Virus record (IMG/VR): IMGVR_UViG_3300042891_001963
Span: 3,964 to 67,963 of that record
Length of the DNA: 64,000 bases
Source: a virus
Taxonomy: Duplodnaviria; Caudoviricetes
Direction: 5' to 3' (one strand)
This document shows, in pieces, positions 30,072-40,251 of this stretch. Each line of letters starts with the position of its first letter. Position 1 is the first letter of the stretch. Both the position numbers and the translations under genes were made by a program. Below the pieces are notes generated by a model. It was not told the DNA's origin and searched no databases. It worked only from the letters and a program-made list of their open reading frames with translations.

Positions 30072-30916
30072 TGAAAGCACATTTTTTTGACTTAGATACA
30101 ATATTGAATACCAATAGTCAGGTTTGGATAGTTGATAAAACTAAACCAAATTTACCTATTATGAAAATATCAGAATCAGATTTTAATTTGATAAAAAATG
30201 GTATTTATAAAAGTCATGGTAATTCTATTGACTTTGGTGGACATATCTATTGGATTTCAAATGAAATGTTTGAAAAAATAAAAATCAAAGCAAAGAATTA
30301 TAGAGCCGATATTTCAAATCTTGCTTTTTCTATGCAAGAATTTATGAATAAAGAATTAATAGAAAATTTAGAATATACTATTAATTTAGAAAATATTCTA
30401 CATCTTAAAAATACCGATGATGATATCTATGTTATCTGTTCAAAGAATAATAAGTCAAATTATGAGTTAATGATTTCTAAAATAGAAGATAAACTAAAAG
30501 AAAATGGGTTATTTATTAAGAAGTTTTATTATATTTCTGAGACTTTTTACAATAGAAGTTCAGATGATATATCACATAAGAAAGTTAGATTGCTATTACA
30601 GCATATTGTTGGTTTAAAAACCGATGGTGATAAATTTACTGATGAAGAGTTGGAACAATATGACGAACTTTTCTTTTATGATGATGAAGAAAATACTATA
30701 AAGTTGGCAAAAGAATCTAATAGAGTTTTAACTTTTATTACATCAAATACAGATACTAATGTAAAAGAAATGGTTAAGGAAGAATTGAAGTCTAAGAAAC
30801 ACACATTATATGTTAACTATGTTAGTGGTAATAAAGTAAATAGATTTATAACTACAAAAGTAGATATTCAATTTAGTAATCTAATAACAGTGTTTGAAAG
30901 TTTTAGGTGGAAATAA
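30071..30916 (+). CDS. HAD-superfamily-like protein
   Basis: N-terminal FFDLD, late FYDD. Confidence 0.5.
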   Translation: MKAHFFDLDTILNTNSQVWIVDKTKPNLPIMKISESDFNLIKNGIYKSHGNSIDFGGHIYWISNEMFEKIKIKAKNYRADISNLAFSMQEFMNKELIENLEYTINLENILHLKNTDDDIYVICSKNNKSNYELMISKIEDKLKENGLFIKKFYYISETFYNRSSDDISHKKVRLLLQHIVGLKTDGDKFTDEELEQYDELFFYDDEENTIKLAKESNRVLTFITSNTDTNVKEMVKEELKSKKHTLYVNYVSGNKVNRFITTKVDIQFSNLITVFESFRWK

Positions 30917-31555
30917 TTACTTATCTTTCTCTTTGCTAATCATAGCATTCTTAATTAAATCATTAAGCTTTCTATTATCCATTATTTCTCCACCACCTAT
31001 TGACTCACCTGATGATTCTTCAGCAGCTATATTCTGAGCTTTAATAACCTCAGGGTTCTCAATTTCATTAAGACCTAAATCTTTTCTTAATCCTTTATAG
31101 AATTTTTCAAGTTCAGTTCTTTGTGTTGATGAAAATTTAGAGTTTTCTCTAATTTGACCAATAGTTTGATTGACAACTTCATGCATTCTTGCTGAGTTAT
31201 CACCATTATCAACTTGTCTTAATTGTGATAAGAAGTTCTTTCTAGTCATTTTTGATAAGAAGATTGTTTCAGCATAAACTTTAGCATCTTCTCTCATTTT
31301 ATTTCTTATATAAGGATGTTCTTTTAATTGAGGTACATCACTTAAATATAAATCAATAAGTGATTCTAATACTTCCATAGACTGCTGACTTGCAACTGTC
31401 ATATCTGAGTCATAATCATATATTTCTATTTCACCTAAATCTGGTAGATCCTCAGGTCTAGCAAGGTGTTTACTTATATCAAATTCGCCACTCTCTGACT
31501 GGATTTCATCGAATTCGTCTTTGATTCTATTTCTTTCATTCTCTGTTTTTGACAT
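30917..31555 (-). CDS. Probable terminase small subunit
   Basis: Divergent from large terminase; helical; SARMHEVVNQ resembles gp16-type PRxYEV. Confidence 0.45.
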   Translation of the reverse strand: MSKTENERNRIKDEFDEIQSESGEFDISKHLARPEDLPDLGEIEIYDYDSDMTVASQQSMEVLESLIDLYLSDVPQLKEHPYIRNKMREDAKVYAETIFLSKMTRKNFLSQLRQVDNGDNSARMHEVVNQTIGQIRENSKFSSTQRTELEKFYKGLRKDLGLNEIENPEVIKAQNIAAEESSGESIGGGEIMDNRKLNDLIKNAMISKEKDK

Positions 31556-31604
31556 AGAAGGTGGTTTTTTACAATATATATTAAAAAATATCTTTTCCTA
31601 AAAT

Positions 31605-33752
31605 ATGGCATTTGCTCCACAACAAGAAAGACAAATGGTTTTTACAACCAAATTAGTAGACGAGGCTACTGATAAGATTAACGATGGTATAGTCGTTAAA
31701 AGATATCAAAACCCTTGGCTAAAGAGTGAAGTGGGTTTGCGAAGAGCTGGTGTTTCATTTAGGATGACTGCTGATGAACAACAAGAATATGTTAGATGTG
31801 CCTTGGATGTTCATTACTTTGTAGAAAAATATTGTAAAGTAAAAAGAGAGGACGGTTCTGTTGGTTCAATTAAACTAAGAGATTACCAAAAAGAAATATT
31901 AGATAGTTTTGTTAATAATAGATTTAGTATCTTAATGGCATCTCGTCAGGTTGGTAAAACAATCTCATCTTCTATTTTTATGTTGCATAAAATATTATTT
32001 GATAATGATAAGAATATAATGATTGTAGCCAACAAAGGTGATACAGCTGTTGAGATTGTTGATAAGATTAAATCTATCTACTCTTTACTACCTTTCTTCT
32101 TAAAACCAGGTATTAAAACCTGGAACCAGAAGTCATTAACATTTGAGAATGGTTGTAGAATTAAAACATCAGCTAGAACAAAGACTCCAGCTATCGGTTT
32201 TACCATTGACGTACTTTACTTAGATGAGTTTGCTCATATTCCTTCAAATATTATTGAACCATACTATACTGCCGCTTTCCCTACAACTGCTGCTGTTCAA
32301 AACTCAAAGATTATTATCACTTCTACCCCAAATGGTATGAATCTATTCCATAGATTATTGACAGATGCTGAGAGACCTGAGGGTGATCCAATGAAGAATA
32401 ACTATAAACCAATGAGAGTTTACTGGTATCAAGTGCCTGGTCGTTTTGTTACTTACATTAGACTAAATCCACATAAAATGTATGAATATGGTGTAACTAA
32501 AGAAGAGATATTTGATTTAGTTAATCAGAAGTGGGGTAGCCAAACAAAGGTCTTTATGGAATATAACATGGATTTATTAAAAGATGTTATTAATATCTTT
32601 AATGATGATAAATGTACAGATGAAGATGTTAAAAAATTAACATTTATTGATAAGAATGGTTTTGAAGTTCCTATTATGGCTATTGCTGAGGTCACAACTT
32701 GGAAAGAAGAAGCTATTAAGGATATTGGTGGTGAAGATGCTTTTAACCAAGAGTATGGTTTAAGATTTATCAATGCTTCTAAGTCATTATTAAACGAGGC
32801 TATTATTGATGATTTATTGAGAAATAAAAAGCATTATGTTCATGAGTCTATTGTAGAATTTGATAGAAGATTAAAATTTAGTTATACTGATTTAAAATGG
32901 GTTGAAGATGATGATAGTTTTTTACCTCTTATGCGAAAAGATTATAAAATGGTTATATCTGTTGATATTTCTGAAGGTCTTGGTCAGGATTACTCTATCA
33001 TAAACATATTTAGAGTATCTGAGAAACCAAGAGATTTAATAGAGATACAGAAAAATAATTATAAATCGGTTGTTGATTTTTTTAGATTAGAACAAGTTGG
33101 TATTTATAGAAATAACTACATATCTGTTAAACAGTTGGCTGAGTTACTTTATATGATAGTATTTGAATACTTAAATCCTGATAACTGTAAAGTAGTTGTT
33201 GAGTTAAATAACTATGGTAATACTTTATTCGCTGAGTTACCTCATGTTTTTGATGGTAATAATAATTATGGTTCATCTGTTTTTGTTAGATATAAGCATA
33301 GGGCTGATGCTACTGAAGAGAAAGTGGGATTAAAAGTTGGTGAAAATAAGAATATGATGGTTAAAGATTATCAGGAACTAATGCAAAGTAAAGGATTTGT
33401 AATCACTAATGAAGATAATATTAGAGAAATCACAACATTTGTTAAACATACTACATCAGCTGGTAACACAAGATATGCGGCAGACGTTGGTCATGATGAT
33501 ACTGTTATGACTATTGTCAATGCTACTACGGTATTTGGTAGACATGATTTTACTGAAATGGTTGAGGAGTGGTCAAGTAAATTTGTTGATAAAGAGTTTA
33601 TGTCTTATGTTAGTGAGTCCTTAAAAAATATAGACTATGTTGAAGGTGTTGATTATGGTCAGGTCTTAAAGATAAGAAAACAACAAATGAATAGATTTAA
33701 AGCCAATAGTAACGGATTTGGTGGAAATGGTACTAATTGGTTTGGTAAATAA
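31605..33752 (+). CDS. gp17: Terminase large subunit
   Basis: LRDYQ, SRQVGKT Walker A, LYLDEFA Walker B, ITSTPNG, VDISEGLGQDYS, HDDTVM. Confidence 0.95.
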   Translation: MAFAPQQERQMVFTTKLVDEATDKINDGIVVKRYQNPWLKSEVGLRRAGVSFRMTADEQQEYVRCALDVHYFVEKYCKVKREDGSVGSIKLRDYQKEILDSFVNNRFSILMASRQVGKTISSSIFMLHKILFDNDKNIMIVANKGDTAVEIVDKIKSIYSLLPFFLKPGIKTWNQKSLTFENGCRIKTSARTKTPAIGFTIDVLYLDEFAHIPSNIIEPYYTAAFPTTAAVQNSKIIITSTPNGMNLFHRLLTDAERPEGDPMKNNYKPMRVYWYQVPGRFVTYIRLNPHKMYEYGVTKEEIFDLVNQKWGSQTKVFMEYNMDLLKDVINIFNDDKCTDEDVKKLTFIDKNGFEVPIMAIAEVTTWKEEAIKDIGGEDAFNQEYGLRFINASKSLLNEAIIDDLLRNKKHYVHESIVEFDRRLKFSYTDLKWVEDDDSFLPLMRKDYKMVISVDISEGLGQDYSIINIFRVSEKPRDLIEIQKNNYKSVVDFFRLEQVGIYRNNYISVKQLAELLYMIVFEYLNPDNCKVVVELNNYGNTLFAELPHVFDGNNNYGSSVFVRYKHRADATEEKVGLKVGENKNMMVKDYQELMQSKGFVITNEDNIREITTFVKHTTSAGNTRYAADVGHDDTVMTIVNATTVFGRHDFTEMVEEWSSKFVDKEFMSYVSESLKNIDYVEGVDYGQVLKIRKQQMNRFKANSNGFGGNGTNWFGK

Positions 33753-33778
33753 AAAAGACACATTTCTGTGTCTTTTTT
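33751..33778. terminator. Bidirectional terminator
   Basis: aaaaaagacaca-tttc-tgtgtctttttt. Confidence 0.8.
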
Positions 33779-33781
33779 AAA

Positions 33782-34066
33782 TTAGTTGTTAGCTTCCATA
33801 GTAGCACTCAATCCGGCGCTCCTCATTTTGTCTTTTAATGTTGCAATAGTTTCTATATCACCATATTTAACATCACATTTACCATTATAGTGAACAATAT
33901 GAGCACATTGTGTGGCTTGTTCTTGATCGTGTTTACAAATCTTCATTAAACAAGTAATAACCCAATCAAATGTGTTATGGTCGTCATTGTGTAGAACCAA
34001 TTTGTATGGTTTTGATAAAATTTCCTCTACTTTAGAAGACGTTTTCTTTTTAGTAATTGTTGCCAT
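33782..34066 (-). CDS. clpS: ATP-dependent Clp protease adaptor ClpS
   Basis: LVLHNDDHNTFDWVI..L...C...EQATQCAHIVHYNGKCDVK. Confidence 0.9.
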   Translation of the reverse strand: MATITKKKTSSKVEEILSKPYKLVLHNDDHNTFDWVITCLMKICKHDQEQATQCAHIVHYNGKCDVKYGDIETIATLKDKMRSAGLSATMEANN

Positions 34067-34090
34067 TAATTATTTTTAATTTTATGAGTA

Positions 34091-34621
34091 TTATATATTA
34101 TTTGAGAAAATAGTTTCTTTCTTGTTTACAACATCAACAACTTTAACATCAACACGATGTTCTGCTGCCCATTCTTCAAATCTAACTAAGTGTTCGTGTC
34201 TATCATCATACATAACAAATTCATGAACGCCAAGTTCTTCAATTTTTTCTTCAAATAATTTAGTTTTGAAATTGTAAGTATCACCACCCCAGTTCAAGTG
34301 AACTTCATCAAATGATAAGTTGTGCTGATTTAATATTGTTTGAATATGTTCAGACATACCTTCTTTCTTTTTAAGACGTCCTGTCGCTAAGATAACATAG
34401 TTATCTGGGTCTGATACGGCTTCTAGGTATTTTTTATAAACCCACTGATTTAAGGGAATATGAAAAATTTCAGGGTCAATACTTTCTGGACGACCCCACC
34501 AACCACTATAGGGCCAATCAGTTCCTGTTTTTTCCTTCCAAATTTTTTCACCTTCTTCGGGTTTTGGTGTGTGAAAAAGTGTATCGTCAAAGTCAAATGA
34601 TATTAATCTTTTGTAAGCCAT
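34091..34621 (-). CDS. HAD phosphatase (Swiss-army-knife RNA-repair-like HAD)
   Basis: FDFDDTLFHTP, WW, ATGR, K, YDDR. Confidence 0.7.
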   Translation of the reverse strand: MAYKRLISFDFDDTLFHTPKPEEGEKIWKEKTGTDWPYSGWWGRPESIDPEIFHIPLNQWVYKKYLEAVSDPDNYVILATGRLKKKEGMSEHIQTILNQHNLSFDEVHLNWGGDTYNFKTKLFEEKIEELGVHEFVMYDDRHEHLVRFEEWAAEHRVDVKVVDVVNKKETIFSNNI

Positions 34622-34727
34622 AAGTTGCTGTCTGTTTTTAAATTATTTACAAATATATATAAAAATTCTCAAAATTAAAAGGGTCCAAATAGAAAATAAT
34701 ATATAATTCCAAAAATAAACCGTTTTT

Positions 34728-35144
34728 ATGAAATTAGACATGAAGTCAATTTTGATATTAATTTTACTTGGATTAACACTTTTGTTTGGCTTTAAGTGGT
34801 TTTTCTCAGGTGATAAAGCATCAAAAGAAAGAGTTAAACAATTAGAGCAACAATTCAAAGAATTAGAAGCTCAAAAGAATGCAGTTGATTTAGAAATTAC
34901 TACTTGGAAAGCAAAATCTGATAGTCTTAAACAATTGGATATTAAATTACAAGCCGAAATTGCTAAGCAGGAAGCACAAACTAAAAAGGCAGAAGCTGAG
35001 GCTAGTAAGTCTAAAGCTAACTTGAATAAGTTGAGAAGTGATTTAGCAGAAACTCAACATAAGATTGAAGAAATTAAGAATCATCCTCCTAATAGAACAG
35101 GTGACGCTCTTTTAGAATCTCTAAAAAATAAAACAAAACATTAA
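34728..35144 (+). CDS. N-anchored coiled-coil membrane protein (i-spanin-like)
   Basis: N-terminal TM helix then long coiled coil. Confidence 0.5.
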   Translation: MKLDMKSILILILLGLTLLFGFKWFFSGDKASKERVKQLEQQFKELEAQKNAVDLEITTWKAKSDSLKQLDIKLQAEIAKQEAQTKKAEAEASKSKANLNKLRSDLAETQHKIEEIKNHPPNRTGDALLESLKNKTKH

Positions 35145-35145
35145 T

Positions 35146-35661
35146 ATGAAAAAGTTTTTATCACTTATAGTTGGTTTAGTATTGAGTTTGAGCGCTTATT
35201 CTCAATATTCTCAGGCCAAAATAGATTATCCAAAATTTGAAACAGACTCAAATGGTCAACAAGTTATTGTAATGACTATTGAACAAGCACAGTCACTTGA
35301 TAACGGTACTGACTTATTGGCTCTTTTAGAAAAACAAAGTACTCAAATTGGTCAATATGATTCAGTTTGTGTTAGAGTTATTAATGATAAAGAACAAGTA
35401 ATTGCTTCTCAAAAATTAGAAATTGCTAAATTAAAAGAGTCTTTGAACAATAAAGACCAACAAATTAAAGCTCTACAAGGTGAAGTTGCTGCTTATCTAA
35501 AGAAAATTCTTATTTTAGAAGAACAAGTTACTAATAGGCAACAAGTTATTGATGAGAAGAATCTACAATTAAGAAAAATGAAAACCAAAATGGTAGTTGG
35601 TGGTCTCGGTGGAGGCGTTGCTATCATAGGATTAATACTGGGTTTATTAGTAATTCATTAA
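35146..35661 (+). CDS. Exported coiled-coil protein with C-terminal TM (spanin-like partner)
   Basis: Signal peptide ending AYS|Q, coiled coil, C-terminal GGGVAIIGLILGLLVI. Confidence 0.5.
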   Translation: MKKFLSLIVGLVLSLSAYSQYSQAKIDYPKFETDSNGQQVIVMTIEQAQSLDNGTDLLALLEKQSTQIGQYDSVCVRVINDKEQVIASQKLEIAKLKESLNNKDQQIKALQGEVAAYLKKILILEEQVTNRQQVIDEKNLQLRKMKTKMVVGGLGGGVAIIGLILGLLVIH

Positions 35662-35720
35662 ATGATAAAAAATGAGTTTTAATACTTAATATATAATCTA
35701 TAAAAAATATTCAAATACAA

Positions 35721-36311
35721 ATGAAGCATATTAGAACATATGAAAACTATCGTATTAAAAAGAACAGAGAAGAAATCATTAAAGAGTCGGTTCTTCAAGT
35801 AAACGATATTTACAAAGTAAAGACAATGATTGATATTCCTCAATCTTTAATCAATGCTTATGTGAAAAAAGTAAAAGACACTACAGGTAAAAACCTACGC
35901 ACGTTCTTTGGTGATGTTGATATTGCTGAAGAAATTGTAAAGTTTATTAATATGGATAACTTAGATGTTGATAAAATCCCTGGTGGTGCTTTAATGGGTG
36001 GTGGTCAATCACAAACTCAAACACAACCTGAGGCTCAACCTCAAGTTCAAGTAGAGGCTCAACCTCAAGCTCAAACTCAAGAAGCTCCTCAAGCACAAGC
36101 TCAACCAGCTCAAACTGAAGCACCTGATCAAGCTCAAGCTCCAGCACAAGGTGAGTTTGAAGAACCTCAAGCACAAGCTCAACCAGCTCAACCAGCTCAA
36201 GGACAAGCTCAAGAAGCTCCAGCACAAGGTGAAGAAGCTCAAGAAGAGGAAGAAGCTCCAGCACAAGGTGAAGAAGAAAATAAAGAAGGTGAAGAAGAAT
36301 TACCTCTTTAA
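35721..36311 (+). CDS. Protein with CTS-like N-terminus and Q/A/P/E low-complexity tail
   Basis: MKHIRTYEN; repeated EAPAQGE / QAQPAQ. Confidence 0.75.
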   Translation: MKHIRTYENYRIKKNREEIIKESVLQVNDIYKVKTMIDIPQSLINAYVKKVKDTTGKNLRTFFGDVDIAEEIVKFINMDNLDVDKIPGGALMGGGQSQTQTQPEAQPQVQVEAQPQAQTQEAPQAQAQPAQTEAPDQAQAPAQGEFEEPQAQAQPAQPAQGQAQEAPAQGEEAQEEEEAPAQGEEENKEGEEELPL

Positions 36312-36333
36312 TTTATAAAATATTCAAAGAATT

Positions 36334-36363
36334 AAAACCCATCAAGAAATTGATGGGTTTTTT
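36334..36363 (+). terminator. Terminator (CCCATC/GATGGG family)
   Basis: aaaacccatcaa-gaaa-ttgatgggtttt. Confidence 0.75.
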
Positions 36364-36379
36364 ATTTAATATATATGTT

Positions 36380-36760
36380 ATGAAGAATATCAAATACTTT
36401 TCTAAATTTAACGAAACTCTATCTAAGTCTGATTTAAATGACTTTGATTTTGATGATATTAGTATGAGTTTAAGTGATTGGTGGATATCTGTTGAAGATT
36501 CTTTACCACCATCTGGTAAAAATGTTTTAATTTATTTAAAAAATGATAAAATTTCAATAGCATCTCTAAGTTATGGTATTTCAAAAATTGAAAGAGATGC
36601 ACTAAAAGAATCTGATCCAGAAAGATATAGAACTTACTCTTTTGCTGATGAAGATAGTAACAATAAAGTTGCTTATAGATGGAAAGAAAATGGACCCGGT
36701 TCTTACTTTGGTCAAGAAGTTTTATACTGGATGCCAATGCCAATTAAACCTGAAAATTAA
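36380..36760 (+). CDS. DUF551-like protein with CTS-like N-terminus
   Basis: MKNIKYFSKFNE; WISVEDSLP...VLYWMPMP. Confidence 0.7.
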   Translation: MKNIKYFSKFNETLSKSDLNDFDFDDISMSLSDWWISVEDSLPPSGKNVLIYLKNDKISIASLSYGISKIERDALKESDPERYRTYSFADEDSNNKVAYRWKENGPGSYFGQEVLYWMPMPIKPEN

Positions 36761-36761
36761 T

Positions 36762-37373
36762 ATGAGATATATTAAAACATTTGAAAGTCATAGTAATGGA
36801 ACATTAATCATAGTTGATGTTCAGAAGTCATTTAAGAAATACTTCTCTGAGATGTACTTGAATGAGTTAAAGAAGTATTGTAATAACTTTCAAAGTGTTT
36901 ACCAAGTATGGGATAATCACATAGATGGTAACAATGTAGATAAAGATTATTTATACGATGAGACACCTGTAATACCTATTCATAAAGACCTTTATCATTT
37001 CCCTAATCAAAAAGAACTTATTGAGAAAAGATATAACTATAAAGTTGATGCTGACTTTTATAAGAAAGTATTAGATAAAGAAGTTTATAATGAAATATCT
37101 GATAAAGAAGATAAGAAACTATTAAAGAAAGGTGATATCTTCAATACTAAAGGAGGAACATACATTGTTTATATAGGAAACAATCATCAGTGGTATCACT
37201 GTCCTAAGAAATTATATGATTTACTAACATCATTAAAAGGTAAAGAAGTTACAATTGTAGGTGGTGCTGATGGTGAGTGTTTAGAGGATATTGTTACAAC
37301 TGCTGAAACACTTGATGTTAAAATTAAAAGAGATTATAAGTATATCTATACTGCTAATAGTTGTCCTATTTAA
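36762..37373 (+). CDS. Isochorismatase/nicotinamidase-like cysteine hydrolase with CTS-like N-terminus
   Basis: MRYIKTFES; LIIVDVQ...D.H...EK...IVGGADGEC. Confidence 0.6.
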   Translation: MRYIKTFESHSNGTLIIVDVQKSFKKYFSEMYLNELKKYCNNFQSVYQVWDNHIDGNNVDKDYLYDETPVIPIHKDLYHFPNQKELIEKRYNYKVDADFYKKVLDKEVYNEISDKEDKKLLKKGDIFNTKGGTYIVYIGNNHQWYHCPKKLYDLLTSLKGKEVTIVGGADGECLEDIVTTAETLDVKIKRDYKYIYTANSCPI

Positions 37374-37764
37374 TAAAGTGCAATAAGTAAGGGTCTTTTG
37401 GGTCAGCAACTGTAGCACCACATCTTTGCCAGAACTTTTTACTATCCTTTGTACATCTTACAAATACCTCATCTTCTAAATAAATATCAAGTACTTTTTT
37501 GGCAAGATATTCACCTAATCCTTTACCTCTCATATCTGAGAATGCTGACATTATTTCAGGTTTGCCGTATTTTGAATTTGGATTAATTTCTATCTCTACT
37601 ATTGGTTTACCATCTAATCTCAATTGGTAAAAATTAGTTTCACCCTTTTTGGCACCAAATGATGGTTTGAATATGGTTTTTTCACCAGTAGGAACTTTAT
37701 AAAATTCTACTTTAGATATTAAATCTGTATCAATATAAGACTCAAATGTTTTTAGGTATTTCAT
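37366..37764 (-). CDS. GNAT acetyltransferase with CTS-like N-terminus
   Basis: MKYLKTFES; acetyl-CoA motif RGKGLG; SKKFWQRCG. Confidence 0.7.
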   Translation of the reverse strand: MKYLKTFESYIDTDLISKVEFYKVPTGEKTIFKPSFGAKKGETNFYQLRLDGKPIVEIEINPNSKYGKPEIMSAFSDMRGKGLGEYLAKKVLDIYLEDEVFVRCTKDSKKFWQRCGATVADPKDPYLLHFIK

Positions 37765-37786
37765 AGTTTATATATTAAAAATATAT

Positions 37787-38161
37787 TTAAGTTATAACAG
37801 CATATACATTATATTCGGCTATTTGAAATAGTATTTCCATATATTCTTGATATCTTTCCGGATCTTCATAAAAGTTAACTTGTAAATCATATGTTATAGA
37901 ATCTAGTTCTGGGATATAGCTTTGAACTTGTTGTCTTAACTCGGCGGATATTGTCTCAGCAGATAGCCTTGTTTCATGTAGATATTTTGGTAAATCACCT
38001 CCAAAATCAGGCTCGCAAAATAATTCACCTTTGTTAGTGAATATCATCATTTCCCATTTTTGTAGAACAACTCTAACAAGGTCATCTTCAATAATTTGTG
38101 TATCATTGAATCTTGGGTGACCAGGGTACTCAATATAAAAATCTGTAAAGTCAAAAGCCAT
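37787..38161 (-). CDS. gp25: Baseplate wedge protein gp25-like
   Basis: FTNKGELFCEPDFGGDLPKYL...YIPE. Confidence 0.8.
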   Translation of the reverse strand: MAFDFTDFYIEYPGHPRFNDTQIIEDDLVRVVLQKWEMMIFTNKGELFCEPDFGGDLPKYLHETRLSAETISAELRQQVQSYIPELDSITYDLQVNFYEDPERYQEYMEILFQIAEYNVYAVIT

Positions 38162-38193
38162 AACATATATATTAATATATTATGGCTCTTTTG

Positions 38194-39156
38194 TTATAGT
38201 AAAATATCTCTGAACTTACCAATTATTGTTAGACCTAGAACAATAGGGTCTGTATTGGTTTCTAATTTAGATGAATAATCTGATATGATAAAATTACATT
38301 CAAATAATTTGTCTATATTTTTACTTTCTGATATAGACCAATCAATAAATGGTTTTCCTAAAAGTCTAATCATCACATCAATCTTTTCAGCACCAAAGTT
38401 AGTCATCAAGAAGTGATAGATTTTCTCATAGTCTAATGACTTATCATAGATACAAGAGTATAAATCTAATTTTACTTTATTAGATACATTGGATGAGTTC
38501 TCACCTAGACTACCAGTTTCTAAATAGTTTTGAACTTCAACCATTATAGACCTAAAGTCAGGAAACTTTTTAGTAATAATAGAAGCCAAATCTTCTTTAG
38601 GTATTTCTTTACCTTCTTTTGGTAAAATTACATTATTGATTCTTTTATAAACTTCTTGTTTAAGATACTTTTCTTCTTCAAGACTTTGGCAATCAAAGTT
38701 AATTTGAGGAATTCTAGACTTAATACCATCAGAAATCTTATTTAAGTGATTGGTAGTAATAATGAATCTAACATTCTTATTATACTTTTCAATAAATGCT
38801 TTGAAAGCATCTTGGAATTGTGCAGATACTCTTTCAAACTCATCTAAGAAGATATATTTGATATCAGAGTCAGTCTCCATCATTGGAGTGAACTTACAGA
38901 AATCTTCAATTTCACTTCTTAAAACATCAATGGATGTGTATAAAGAAGAGTTCAGTTCTAAATAAGGTTTATCTTTTGTGTATTTACCGATAAGGATTCT
39001 AGCCAAACTGGTTTTTCCGGTACCAAAGTGACCGTAAAATATAAAGTTTTGGTTAACACCATTTTCAAAATGTTTTCTAATTCTAGGTAAAAGAATAACA
39101 TCCTCCATATTTTTTGGACGCCACTTTTCCCATAAGAGTAATGATTTAACAGACAT
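38194..39156 (-). CDS. gp44: Clamp loader AAA+ subunit (gp44/RFC)
   Basis: WEKWRP, GHFGTGKT, LDEFE, SR, FPDFR. Confidence 0.9.
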   Translation of the reverse strand: MSVKSLLLWEKWRPKNMEDVILLPRIRKHFENGVNQNFIFYGHFGTGKTSLARILIGKYTKDKPYLELNSSLYTSIDVLRSEIEDFCKFTPMMETDSDIKYIFLDEFERVSAQFQDAFKAFIEKYNKNVRFIITTNHLNKISDGIKSRIPQINFDCQSLEEEKYLKQEVYKRINNVILPKEGKEIPKEDLASIITKKFPDFRSIMVEVQNYLETGSLGENSSNVSNKVKLDLYSCIYDKSLDYEKIYHFLMTNFGAEKIDVMIRLLGKPFIDWSISESKNIDKLFECNFIISDYSSKLETNTDPIVLGLTIIGKFRDILL

Positions 39157-39223
39157 ATTTATTCAATTAGTTAATAGGTATATAATCTCATGAAGAGAAA
39201 GTTTATATTTAATATATACCGAT

Positions 39224-40171
39224 ATGATAGGAGAAAGATTTAATTTTGAAGACGTATTTTTTAGAGATTTAACAGTTTGTGTTTTAGATACTTTAGAAGG
39301 TCAAGTTAAATGGATCAACAGATTTTCATCTGGTGATGTATTTGTTCAGGTTCCTTTCTATTACTCTTTAACAGGTGATGAAAGATTTCTTTTAGACTCT
39401 TTTACTGATGATATAGTTTCTGAAAATAGATTTGTTGAATTAAATACCGATATGATACCAAGAGGTCATTTAACTATGACTGGTTTCAATATTAAATCTG
39501 ATGAATTTGCCAATCCTAACGTTTGGTTAAGAATGGTTGTTGAGAATGAAGTAGAGATTAGAAAAGTAATTGCTAAAGTTAGAGCAGTTCCTATAACAGT
39601 AAACTATGATTTGGAAATATTATTAAGTTCTGAGATTGATACATTTAAGTGTTCTCAAGCTATTATGGATACTCTTTGGTTATATAAGTTTATGTACTTT
39701 GAGTATAACTTTATGAATATTGATGCGGTTATTTTGATGCCGGATTCAAATCAAATTGAAATGGCTAGAGAAAAGAATTTAACATCTGATAATAATATTA
39801 AAATGAAAGTTTCCTTTACAGTTGAAACTTATTATCCTGCGTTTAGAAGTGATAGAGTTAATGGTAAAGGTTATCCACAGTCATATGGTTCCGGTATGTC
39901 AGATTCTAATGGCTTTGCTTTTTCTGGTGGTTATTCTGACTTTTTTAATCAACCAGGTGATGCAACTCCTTATGGACAAACTGGTAGTTTCTATAATACT
40001 CAAACAGCATCACCAAATGGTCCGTATGGTCAATTTGCTAATTCTGATTATTTAATAATATCACCTAAGAGAACAAGGTGGTTTAATAACATTCTTAAAG
40101 CCAGAGAAAAGGCTTCTGGTAATATAATTAACCCAAATGGTAAAGGTCCAGGAGGCCCACCCGATCATTAA
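39224..40171 (+). CDS. gp15: Tail terminator/sheath stabiliser (gp15-like)
   Basis: VQVPFYY, IPRG, AVPITVNYDLEI, SFTVETY. Confidence 0.6.
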   Translation: MIGERFNFEDVFFRDLTVCVLDTLEGQVKWINRFSSGDVFVQVPFYYSLTGDERFLLDSFTDDIVSENRFVELNTDMIPRGHLTMTGFNIKSDEFANPNVWLRMVVENEVEIRKVIAKVRAVPITVNYDLEILLSSEIDTFKCSQAIMDTLWLYKFMYFEYNFMNIDAVILMPDSNQIEMAREKNLTSDNNIKMKVSFTVETYYPAFRSDRVNGKGYPQSYGSGMSDSNGFAFSGGYSDFFNQPGDATPYGQTGSFYNTQTASPNGPYGQFANSDYLIISPKRTRWFNNILKAREKASGNIINPNGKGPGGPPDH

Positions 40172-40251
40172 TATAACTATTTTAAAAAATGGTAAAAAAT
40201 GACTTTTTATCTATAATATATAGAGTATATAAAAAAAAATATTTTAAAAAT

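Noticed and set aside
32445-32699. Intein or intron in the terminase
   Set aside because: The frame is continuous, and the insert is short and lacks intein splice residues.
35947-36266. Antisense ORFs with Leu/Glu or Leu/Ser repeats
   Set aside because: They are shadows of the low-complexity Q/A/P/E region of ORF 35721-36311.
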